Part shown: piece by piece, positions 38,687 through 47,155 of the stretch
Position numbering within the stretch: the stretch's first letter is position 1
Layout of the letters: each line of letters opens with the position of its first letter
DNA from: Candidatus Binatia bacterium
GTDB lineage: Bacteria > Desulfobacterota > Binatia > Bin18
Assembly (NCBI GenBank): GCA_963666315.2
Contig: CAXXHG010000043.1
Span: 384,001-448,000, forward strand
Direction: 5' to 3'
DNA: 64,000 nucleotides
Program-made: the position numbers and the translations under genes
The notes under the pieces: generated by a model
The model's input: the letters and a program-made list of their open reading frames with translations, nothing else
Databases searched by the model: none
What the model was told of the DNA's origin: nothing

Positions 38687-39172
38687 ATGCAGCAGTCTAG
38701 GCGAAGAGACTGGTCGTTTGGGACTGGACTGGGGCTGTGTTTCCTCTGCTGGAGCCTGTTCAGTGGAGTGAACGCCCGAGCGCAGGAGACCCCGATTCAT
38801 GACAAACTTGCCCAAGTGGCTGAGGAGTCGACGCTTGAAATTACGACTCTCGGTCGTACGAGTGGGAAGCCGCGTACCAAACCGATTTGGTTTGTGTACG
38901 AGCAGGGATATTTATACATACAGTCGGGACAAGAAGGCAAAACCCACTGGTATCGTAATCTGCAAAAGAATGCCCAGTTGCGGCTCAAAATTGCCCATCT
39001 CGTCCTCACTGGGAAAGCAAAGTTTATTGAGGATAGGGTTGAAACGGAGAGAGTTCACATTCTGTTCAGCTCCAAATATACATTCGCCCGGTTTGCCGGG
39101 TTGGTCGGGTCGTCAATTGGCCAGGGGAAAGTGGTCGAGGTTGAGCTGTTGACCGAAGCCGAACAGGAGTAG
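38687..39172 (+). CDS. Deazaflavin(F420)-dependent nitroreductase-like split-barrel protein with signal peptide
   Basis: LEITTLGRTSGKPRTKPIWF, HWYRNLQKN. Confidence 0.75.
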   Translation: MQQSRRRDWSFGTGLGLCFLCWSLFSGVNARAQETPIHDKLAQVAEESTLEITTLGRTSGKPRTKPIWFVYEQGYLYIQSGQEGKTHWYRNLQKNAQLRLKIAHLVLTGKAKFIEDRVETERVHILFSSKYTFARFAGLVGSSIGQGKVVEVELLTEAEQE

Positions 39173-39183
39173 CGAGTTTTCTC

Positions 39184-39876
39184 ATGAAGGTGAACGCGAT
39201 CATTGTTGCGGCAGGAAAAGGCGAGCGCATGCAGAGTGAGCTGCCCAAGCCCTTCCTGTCTGTCGCCGGCAAACCGATTCTCGTGCATACCCTACGGCGT
39301 ATTGAGCAGGTGGCCGCAATCAGCCGTATCGTTGTTGTGGTTGCCCCTGAACGTGAAGCATTATGCCGTGAGCTGTTGCGCTCTCACGGGTCGTTTCGGA
39401 GGCCGATTGTCGTCGTGCATGGAGGCGCAGAACGGCAGGATTCGGTGCGCAAGGGCTTAGCTGGGCTTGAAACAGGCTGCGATATCGTCGTTATTCATGA
39501 CGCAGCTCGGCCGTTTATTGCGGTCAGGACCATTGAGCAGAGCATTACGGCGGCGGCTGAGTCGAGTGGTGCAATAGTTGCGATCCCGGCCCGGGATACC
39601 ATTAAACGCGTCAGCGCTCAGCATTTTATCTGTGAGACTGTTTCACGCTACGACCTCTGGCTGGCCCAAACCCCACAGACGTTTCGGGTTGCGGCCATTC
39701 GAGAAGCGCACGAAAGGGCTCTGCAATACGGCATATCGGCAACGGATGATGCCGCTCTTGTTGAGCAAATGGGGCAACGTGTTCGCATCGTTTTGGGTGA
39801 GGCTGGCAACTTTAAAATCACTACCCCGGACGATCTCGTTGTGGCTGAGGCACTCCTGCAAAGCAAGCCGGGCTAG
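39184..39876 (+). CDS. ispD: 2-C-methyl-D-erythritol 4-phosphate cytidylyltransferase
   Basis: AAGKGERM, GGAERQDSV, IHDAARP, AQTPQ, TDDA, NFKITTPDDL. Confidence 0.96.
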   Translation: MKVNAIIVAAGKGERMQSELPKPFLSVAGKPILVHTLRRIEQVAAISRIVVVVAPEREALCRELLRSHGSFRRPIVVVHGGAERQDSVRKGLAGLETGCDIVVIHDAARPFIAVRTIEQSITAAAESSGAIVAIPARDTIKRVSAQHFICETVSRYDLWLAQTPQTFRVAAIREAHERALQYGISATDDAALVEQMGQRVRIVLGEAGNFKITTPDDLVVAEALLQSKPG

Positions 39877-41018
39877 AGGCGCTCAAAATGTCGCGGAACC
39901 TGAGCCCCTTCGAGTCGGAGCCAGGCCGGTGGCTTCAAACCTTCAGCGCCTACCTCCTGTGTCTCATTGACCTTGATCTTGAGGCGGAGATTATTGACAC
40001 TGTCTGCATTACTCAGTGCTTGGTCAAGACCAATTAAGCCGTTGCTGTAGAGGTCGAAAAGGGCCATATCAAACGTCTGACAGCCCTCTAGTTCGGCTTG
40101 CGCCATCGCCTCTTTCAGCGTATCGACTTCACGCCGTTTGATCAGCGCTTTGATACGCGGTGTATCAAGCAGAATCTCTAACGCAGGGACACGCCGGTTG
40201 TCGGTTCCCAGGACTAAGCGCTGTGAGATGATGGCCCGAAGGTTGAGGGAAAGCTGGAGAAAGATCTGGGCATGTTGGGATTCCGGAAAAAAATTGATGA
40301 TGCGATCAAAGGATTGGTTCGCGTTCGTCGAGTGCAGCGTCGCAAGGCATAAGTGACCGGTGTCCGCAAAGGTGACGGCGGCTTCCATCGTGTCCCGATC
40401 CCGGATTTCGCCGATCAGAATGACGTCTGGAGCCTGACGCATCGCGCTCTTGAGCGCGGCCTGAAACGAGTGGGTATCTGACGTGACCTCTCTTTGGTTC
40501 ACAATCGACTTCTTATGGCGGTGAACAAACTCAACCGGGTCTTCAATCGTAATGATATGGCCCGAGGTAGTGCTGTTCCGATGGTCTATCATAGCTGCCA
40601 ATGAGGTTGACTTTCCTGAACCTGTTGCACCAACGACTAAGATGAGACCACGCTTGGCCAGCATGATATCTTTGAGAATGGAGGACAGTCCTAGATCGTC
40701 CAATGTTGCGATGTCAAAGTTGATTTTACGCACCACCATGCCGACCAAGCCGCGCTGTCGAAACACATTCACCCGGAAACGACTGAACTCGCTGTAAGAG
40801 AGCGCAAGATTCATTTCCCATTGTTCAGTAAATTCCTGCCACTGCTGGTCATTCATAGTTGAGCGGGCAAGGACCTCCATATCGGACGGAGTGAGCATCT
40901 CTCCTCCGAGGGATTGGGTGCTACCCTCGATCCGGTACATGGGCGAAGTCCCGACAGTCAGATAAATGTCTGACGCGTTGTGACTCACCATAGTCTCAAG
41001 GAGGGGTTTTATATCCAT
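39873..41018 (-). CDS. pilU: Type IV pilus retraction ATPase PilU
   Basis: GATGSGKSTSLAAMI, TIEDPVE, MRQAPDVILIGEIRD, GCQTFD. Confidence 0.9.
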   Translation of the reverse strand: MDIKPLLETMVSHNASDIYLTVGTSPMYRIEGSTQSLGGEMLTPSDMEVLARSTMNDQQWQEFTEQWEMNLALSYSEFSRFRVNVFRQRGLVGMVVRKINFDIATLDDLGLSSILKDIMLAKRGLILVVGATGSGKSTSLAAMIDHRNSTTSGHIITIEDPVEFVHRHKKSIVNQREVTSDTHSFQAALKSAMRQAPDVILIGEIRDRDTMEAAVTFADTGHLCLATLHSTNANQSFDRIINFFPESQHAQIFLQLSLNLRAIISQRLVLGTDNRRVPALEILLDTPRIKALIKRREVDTLKEAMAQAELEGCQTFDMALFDLYSNGLIGLDQALSNADSVNNLRLKIKVNETQEVGAEGLKPPAWLRLEGAQVPRHFERL

Positions 41019-41034
41019 GTGCTGCTCCGTTTCT

Positions 41035-42114
41035 CTATCCACGCAGGGCCATGCGACCGGTTGTCTCGGCCCGTCCAAAAAGGTTGGGGGTCATACTCTT
41101 GGTCTGTGCTTCTTCTGCGGTAATGAGGCCGCGGGCGGCGAGGTCCATGAGCGCCATGTCCATTGTTTGCATGCCGTCTTTTTGGCCGACCTGCATAGCA
41201 GAAGGGATCTGATGCACTTTCCCTTCTCGGATCAAATTACGGACTGCAGGGGTTGGAACGAGGCTCTCTAAAGCCGCGGCGCGTCCGCCCGCTTTCTTTT
41301 TGCACAGGATTTGAGTGATGATGGCTTCAATGGAGTCGGCGAACTGGGTGCGGATCTGGGCTTGCTGGGCCGCCGGGAATACGTCGACAATACGGTCAAC
41401 GGTTTGGGCAGCGCCAGGTGAGTGTAAGGTGGCAAAGACAAGATGGCCCGTTTCGGCTGCGGTGATCGCGAGCTGAATGGTTTCCAGGTCACGCATTTCA
41501 CCGACGAGGATGATATCCGGATCTTCACGTAAGACTGCTCGGAGCGCATTGGCAAAGGAATGGGTATGTACGCCGAGTTCGCGTTGGGTGACGAGACATT
41601 TCTTCGACTAGTGGGTAAATTCAATCGGATCTTCAATCGTGATGATATGGCCTTCAAAGTCGTCATTGATGTGATAGACCATGGCGGCTAGGGTGGTCGA
41701 TTTTCCCGATCCTGTTGGTCCGGTGACGAGGATGAGTCCTTTTTCGCGTTTACACAGTTGCTTCAAGAGCGGCGGCAGACCAAGTTTTTCAAACGAAGGG
41801 ATTTCCGTCGGAATCGTCCGGAAGACTGCGCCTTCCCCACGCTGTTGCATAAAGACGTTGACCCGGAAACGTCCCACGTCACCCATATCAAACGAGAAGT
41901 CCAGCTCGAGCGTCTCCTCAAAGTCGTTGCGTTGGCCGTCATCCATAATGTCATAGATGAGAGCGTGCACTTCATCGCGAGAAAGCGCTGGGTGATCCAG
42001 ACGCTTCATACGACCGTCGAGCCTGATCATGGGTGGTTGCCCGCTGCTCAGGTGAACGTCTGAGGCTCCTGACTGAATCGCGAAGGTCAGCAATGCGGTG
42101 ACATCAATAGACAT
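41035..42114 (-). CDS. pilT: Type IV pilus retraction ATPase PilT, interrupted by an in-frame TAG at 41608-41610
   Basis: GPTGSGKSTTLAAM, TIEDPIEFTH*SKKCLVTQRE, REDPDIILVGEMRD, AVRNLIRE. Confidence 0.9.
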
Positions 42115-42289
42115 GAAAATCCCTTCCACCGTACAGTACAAAAGATCGCGGTTTCCTGTGGGAACTTTACTAAGAAAAGTCATACAGGACAAGCATTTTT
42201 CTACCCAATATCTGCCGCAATCTGTCTCTATGCACTCTCCCTCGCATGTGGTAAGCCAGACGTTCTATTTTTTTACGAGGAGGCACGGC

Positions 42290-43105
42290 ATGGGATACGA
42301 GGCTATCGTGTATGAGAAGGTCGAAGACAAGATCTCCCGTGTGACGCTTAACCGTCCGGAGAAACTGAATGCCATGAGCCGCCAGCTCCTGTCCGAGCTG
42401 GACGATGCGTTGGATGAGTTCGAGCAGGACAATGACGCGAGCGTATTGATTATCCGTGGGGCGGGCCGCGCTTTCTGTGCCGGGTATGATTTGCAGCCGG
42501 TTTCCGGGCCGGGCGGGAGATTTACTGTCACCAGTGATCGCTGGGGATTGCGAAAGATCGTTGCACGTTGGCAGCGCTTATGGAATCTACCCAAGCCGAC
42601 GATTGCTCAGGTGCACGGGTATTGTCTGGCTGGAGCGACCGAGCTTGTTGGGCATTGCGACATCGTCTTTGCCGCAGACGATGCCCAGTTCGGTCACCCG
42701 GCTGGGCGTTCGCTTGGCGTGTTACCCTCGCTTGCGATGTGGCCGTATCTTATGGGAATGCGCAAAACAAAAGAGTTTCTTTTCACCGGAGACTCCATGA
42801 CGGCAGCACAGGCGCTGGAAAACGGCTTGATTAACCGCGTCTACCCCAAGGACCGGCTTGAGGAGGAAGTGCTGGCGTATGCCCGCCGTGTAGCGACGGT
42901 CCCGGTAGATTTACTGACCCTGCATAAAGCAGCCACAAATCGTTTTTTCGAAGCCATGGGCCTGTATACCGCAGAGCAATCGGCAACGGAATTTGATGTT
43001 ATTGCTCACCAGACGGTCACGGTCAAAAACGAGGTCAAGAAGATGATGGAGCGAGGGCTTAAAGAAGCACTGCGGGACCGAGATCGACCGTTTGCCAAGA
43101 AATAA
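42290..43105 (+). CDS. Enoyl-CoA hydratase/isomerase family protein
   Basis: TLNRPEKLNA, FCAGYDL, KPTIAQVHGYCLAG; GAGGAGG RBS. Confidence 0.9.
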   Translation: MGYEAIVYEKVEDKISRVTLNRPEKLNAMSRQLLSELDDALDEFEQDNDASVLIIRGAGRAFCAGYDLQPVSGPGGRFTVTSDRWGLRKIVARWQRLWNLPKPTIAQVHGYCLAGATELVGHCDIVFAADDAQFGHPAGRSLGVLPSLAMWPYLMGMRKTKEFLFTGDSMTAAQALENGLINRVYPKDRLEEEVLAYARRVATVPVDLLTLHKAATNRFFEAMGLYTAEQSATEFDVIAHQTVTVKNEVKKMMERGLKEALRDRDRPFAKK

Positions 43106-43136
43106 GGTGAGACCTCGACGAGATGAGATCTCAACT

Positions 43137-43829
43137 ATGAATGGTCGTCGCATCTACCTCATGCGCCATGGCGAAACCCTCTACCAACGTGTGGCAAACG
43201 AGGGGGCACTTGGCAATGGCGCACTCACCGAACGTGGGCAAGAGCAGATCGCAACAGCGGCTCTTTTATTTCGTGCCGTTGCTCTTGATGCAATATACAC
43301 CAGCCCGCTTGAGCGTGCATATGAAACCACCCAGATTATTGCCAAGGAAAAAGAGCTGGACATTCAGGTTGCGCCAGAGCTCAGCGAGATTATTCCCAGC
43401 GATGCAGTGCTCGAGCAAAAGAGTCTTACGGAGATATTCAAGGATATTCAGGAATTCTTTAAGAACGCAGACTCAGACTGGGGCGAATCGTACTTGGGGG
43501 GTGAGAGTTTTCAGCAGGTGTATGAGCGCGCTGGTCGATTTCTCAAGACTCTCCTGAGCAAGGATGACTGGCAAACGCTGCTCCTCGTCGCGCATGGGGG
43601 AGTGAACAATGCTTTTTTAGCCCACGCTACAGGGACAACGAGTGGACGGGTGTTCAATATTGAGCAGGACTTTGGGTGCATAAACATCATAGACTTTGCC
43701 AGGAATCGACCTTTTCTTCGCTTAGCCAATTTTACCCTGTACGATCAGCTCAAAATCAACCTTCGAGAGCACAGCTTGGATATCATTCTTAATCTGCTTA
43801 GAGGTCGAGGGGTTATTGATCCTGATTGA
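43137..43829 (+). CDS. Histidine phosphatase family protein
   Basis: YLMRHGET, SPLERA, GGESF, LVAHGG. Confidence 0.9.
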   Translation: MNGRRIYLMRHGETLYQRVANEGALGNGALTERGQEQIATAALLFRAVALDAIYTSPLERAYETTQIIAKEKELDIQVAPELSEIIPSDAVLEQKSLTEIFKDIQEFFKNADSDWGESYLGGESFQQVYERAGRFLKTLLSKDDWQTLLLVAHGGVNNAFLAHATGTTSGRVFNIEQDFGCINIIDFARNRPFLRLANFTLYDQLKINLREHSLDIILNLLRGRGVIDPD

Positions 43830-44011
43830 GCGGGAATAAGAAGAAAAATTTCCCGACTTTCTGGGCGGCTCATCCTCTAGCAGGCCTCTGGATTTCCCTA
43901 TGTCATTGATTCTCATAAAAGAATTAGAATGAGGTAAGGAGAAAAAGGAGAAATTGTCGAAAAAGAAGGTACGGTGGCTTGATTTCTTTTCTAATCTATC
44001 TTATCTAGTTT

Positions 44012-44024
44012 AATTAGACTAATT
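44012..44024. promoter_or_regulatory. Candidate PadR operator palindrome
   Basis: AATTAG-A-CTAATT perfect dyad 16 nt upstream of the padR start. Confidence 0.5.
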
Positions 44025-44039
44025 CATAAGAAACCAACA

Positions 44040-44696
44040 ATGAGCGTCCAACTTGTCGTCCTAGGGCTATTATCTGAGAAGCCGAGTCACGGTTATGAAC
44101 TGCGACAAGAGGTCGAGCGTCGGTTGTATGCGTCATATATCAACCTCAGCGGAGGGTCACTCTACTACAACCTGGGGCAACTGGAGCGCGCCGGCTACGT
44201 AGAGAAGACTCGAGTAGAGCAGAAGGGACGCTATCCTGCCCGTCAAGTCTACCAAATTACGCCGGGGGGCAAAGAATATCTCCAGGCTGAGTTGCGACGC
44301 CTCTTATTCAATACTGAAGAACGAGACAAGGTTTTTGATCCGCTCAATACCGCCCTGGCCTTTGGCCACTTCCTGAAAAGGGACGAGTTATATACCGCGC
44401 TCCAAAGCCATCTGGAGTGGGCGCAGAAAAGGCTGGCCTGGGTGACTGAGCAGCAAGCGTATTGGGGTGCCCAGAGTGCAACATTGCCGCAAGTCCAGAT
44501 TATTGAGCATGGGCGTGCTCACTTCAAAGCGGAAATCACTTGGCTCGAACAATTTCTGGGTATACTTGAAACACAAGACGGTCAGGAGTTAGAGGCGAAC
44601 ATGTCCCTTGGCGTCTCTTCTCCCGAAGCGGAGGAGGCGGTTGAACAAACGCGTAAAAATCCCATACAAGAGGAGGGTCCAGTATGGAAGGTCTAA
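44040..44696 (+). CDS. PadR-family transcriptional regulator
   Basis: VLGLLSEKPSHGYEL, GSLYYNL..LE..GYV, RQVYQITPGG, C-terminal EITWL. Confidence 0.92.
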   Translation: MSVQLVVLGLLSEKPSHGYELRQEVERRLYASYINLSGGSLYYNLGQLERAGYVEKTRVEQKGRYPARQVYQITPGGKEYLQAELRRLLFNTEERDKVFDPLNTALAFGHFLKRDELYTALQSHLEWAQKRLAWVTEQQAYWGAQSATLPQVQIIEHGRAHFKAEITWLEQFLGILETQDGQELEANMSLGVSSPEAEEAVEQTRKNPIQEEGPVWKV

Positions 44697-45328
44697 GTGT
44701 CCTCGATATGATTCAGCAGGGGTGGTACATCACCTATCCCCTGATTGTGATGTCTATGGTTATTATCACGATTATATTTGAACGAATATTCGCTCTGCGT
44801 GGACTGATCGCCGGCACTCTCCAGACTGCCGGCGGGCTGGTTGGGCAATTACAGAAAGGTGATTTCCAAACGGCCCTTGCCACCGCCGAGGAGAATCAGA
44901 AAAAGCCGGCCGGCCGCATATTTCGCGACGTCATTTCCCAACAAGAGGGGGAATCTCTTGAATATCTGTCTGAAGTCATTGAGAACCGACGCTTCGAGGA
45001 AATCGAAGCACTCAAAGGCAGCATCTGGGTCCTGGGAACAGTCGGTGTGAGTGCGCCCTTCATCGGGCTACTCGGTACCGTCATCGGGATTATCAAATCC
45101 TTCACAAGTATGGCGGTTGAGGGCAGCGGTGGTTTTGCGGTTGTTGCCGGTGGTATTTCTGAGGCCCTGATTGCAACGGCTCTTGGCCTCGCAGTCGGGA
45201 TCATTGCGGTGATCTTCTACAATTATTTTCATACCAAACTTGAGCGGATCGAGGCGGCAATGACGATCAGCTCGGACCGTGTCCTCGAAGCAGTCCGTCT
45301 CGGGAGGAAAGCTCATGGGAATGGCTAG
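44684..45328 (+). CDS. MotA/TolQ/ExbB proton channel family protein
   Basis: APFIGLLGTVIGII, GISEALIATALGLAV. Confidence 0.93.
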   Translation: MEGLSVLDMIQQGWYITYPLIVMSMVIITIIFERIFALRGLIAGTLQTAGGLVGQLQKGDFQTALATAEENQKKPAGRIFRDVISQQEGESLEYLSEVIENRRFEEIEALKGSIWVLGTVGVSAPFIGLLGTVIGIIKSFTSMAVEGSGGFAVVAGGISEALIATALGLAVGIIAVIFYNYFHTKLERIEAAMTISSDRVLEAVRLGRKAHGNG

Positions 45329-45734
45329 TCCACGCAAGAAGAAGGCGAGTGGGTCTGCCATTATGGCCGAGATCAATATCGTTCCCTTGTGCGACATCTT
45401 TCTGGTGCTACTAATCATCTTTATGGTGACCAGCGTGGCGATGGTCCAATCCGGAGCGCATATTACTCTGCCCGAGGTTCAAGAGACCGATTCCGAGCCG
45501 CGACAGATTGTCATTACAGTCACGCCACAAAAAGAGATCTTTGTGAATGCCAGACCTGTGAAAATGATCGAACTCGAAGTGGCGCTTCGTCAGCTTATAA
45601 TGGCAAAGCCAGACGTACCGGTCGTACTCGAAGGTGATCAGGATGTCATCCTGGGGGAGGCTGTAAAAATCCTCTCCATTGCGCAGCGAGCTGGGGCAAC
45701 CCAGGTCGCAATTGCTGCCCGGCAAGCGGGCTGA
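45315..45734 (+). CDS. ExbD/TolR family protein
   Basis: EINIVPLCDIFLVLLIIFMV with the essential TM Asp. Confidence 0.93.
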   Translation: MGMASPRKKKASGSAIMAEINIVPLCDIFLVLLIIFMVTSVAMVQSGAHITLPEVQETDSEPRQIVITVTPQKEIFVNARPVKMIELEVALRQLIMAKPDVPVVLEGDQDVILGEAVKILSIAQRAGATQVAIAARQAG

Positions 45735-45768
45735 AAAGTGTAAGCGACCTCGTATCCCAAGGAAGGGC

Positions 45769-47010
45769 ATGGTTATGGCTGCATCCGAGGAAAATACGAA
45801 AACACCCGAGGAATCTTCGGTCGAGCGCAAAATCCAAGAGGACCTGTGGCTGTCTCGGGGCGGGGGATTTGGCAAAAACGCGCGGTGGTTTGCCTTCTCG
45901 ACCGCGGCCCATATCCTGGTCTTGTCCATATTTGCAACGACGGCTGTGACCATCATGCGAGAGCCGGAAATGATTAAGGTCAAAGCCTTACCGCTGACGG
46001 CAGAAGAGCTGGCGGCCATGGAGGAGGCGGGGGATGATGATTGGGAGGGCGAGCCGTCCTTGGAGGATATTCCGGGCATCCTGACCATGGAGGATCTGGC
46101 TCTGAGCAAAGCCCGGCCCACTGGGCCGGCGTCAACCGGCCCCCTTCAGGCACCCATTCAACGGGCAGCTATTCCGGTCTTCCAGGGGCATGGTCTTGTC
46201 ACGATAGACGTGAAGCGCCCGGACGATAGCTTCTCCGGCTTCGCAACCCAGCTGAGCGGTCTGGTCGGAACTGAAAATTTTGGTGGTGGCGGGTTTGGCG
46301 ATTATGGCCGAGGGCTGCGTAAGGTTGGTCTTGATGTCGCCTTGGTGATTGATGCCACGGACAGTATGCAGTTTGTCATCGACTCGGTACGCAGTCGATT
46401 GACTAAATTGGTGACTCTCTTGCGCAAGCTCGTACCGACCTCGCGCATCGGCATTGTGACTTACCGCGATAGAGGCGAAGAGTATGTGACGAGGTGGGTG
46501 GACTTGAGTTTTTCGACTTTGAAGCTGAAGAATTTTCTGGCTAATCTGCATGCGGATGGAGGAGGGGACTGGCCCGAGGCTGTCTATGAGGGCCTGGACG
46601 CGGCGGTGAATGATCTGAGTTGGCGTAAACGCTCACGTCGTGTTGTCGTCCTCGTTTCCGGCTCTCCGCCGCACCCGGAAAGTATGGGTGGCGTCCTGAG
46701 TTTGGCCCAGGGATTCCAGTCTCGTGGCGGAGTCGTGAGTGTGATGGACCTGGCCGAAAAGATGCACGAAGACTTTGAATACGCCCTGTGGGAACAGACC
46801 GGCAAGGTTATGAACGTCCCCTTTGAGCCCACTCCTTTGCCTGGATTTTATCGAGACTTCCGGAATACGATGGCATCGGTAGCGCAAGCGGGTGGTGGAG
46901 ACTTCATCCCGCTGACCGAGGAGAAGGTGCTGACCAGGAATATTATTATCATGACCTTCGGTTCGCGTTGGGAAGTGGAAATGGCGAAATATCTGCGAGA
47001 CTTGGAATAG
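45769..47010 (+). CDS. Membrane-anchored vWA-domain protein with TonB-like SxxxH anchor
   Basis: TM WFAFSTAAHILVLSIFA; acidic/Pro/Gly spacer; vWA DVALVIDATDSM, IVTYRD, GGGDWPEAV. Confidence 0.85.
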   Translation: MVMAASEENTKTPEESSVERKIQEDLWLSRGGGFGKNARWFAFSTAAHILVLSIFATTAVTIMREPEMIKVKALPLTAEELAAMEEAGDDDWEGEPSLEDIPGILTMEDLALSKARPTGPASTGPLQAPIQRAAIPVFQGHGLVTIDVKRPDDSFSGFATQLSGLVGTENFGGGGFGDYGRGLRKVGLDVALVIDATDSMQFVIDSVRSRLTKLVTLLRKLVPTSRIGIVTYRDRGEEYVTRWVDLSFSTLKLKNFLANLHADGGGDWPEAVYEGLDAAVNDLSWRKRSRRVVVLVSGSPPHPESMGGVLSLAQGFQSRGGVVSVMDLAEKMHEDFEYALWEQTGKVMNVPFEPTPLPGFYRDFRNTMASVAQAGGGDFIPLTEEKVLTRNIIIMTFGSRWEVEMAKYLRDLE

Positions 47011-47155
47011 CGGGATAGTGCGCTGTGGAATGGTAATATGCAAAAGGACGCTCGTGCACCTCGGTGCAAGGGGCTCTCTTCATGTCATGCCGGGGATGGA
47101 AAGTCGGAGCTTTGGGCGCAAAATGAACACTAGAATATAAAAAAGGAGTACGAGC

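Noticed and set aside
41608-41610. Pyrrolysine or genetic-code reassignment of TAG
   Set aside because: Many genes in the window end in TAG normally, no pyl genes are seen, and the position is not a catalytic site
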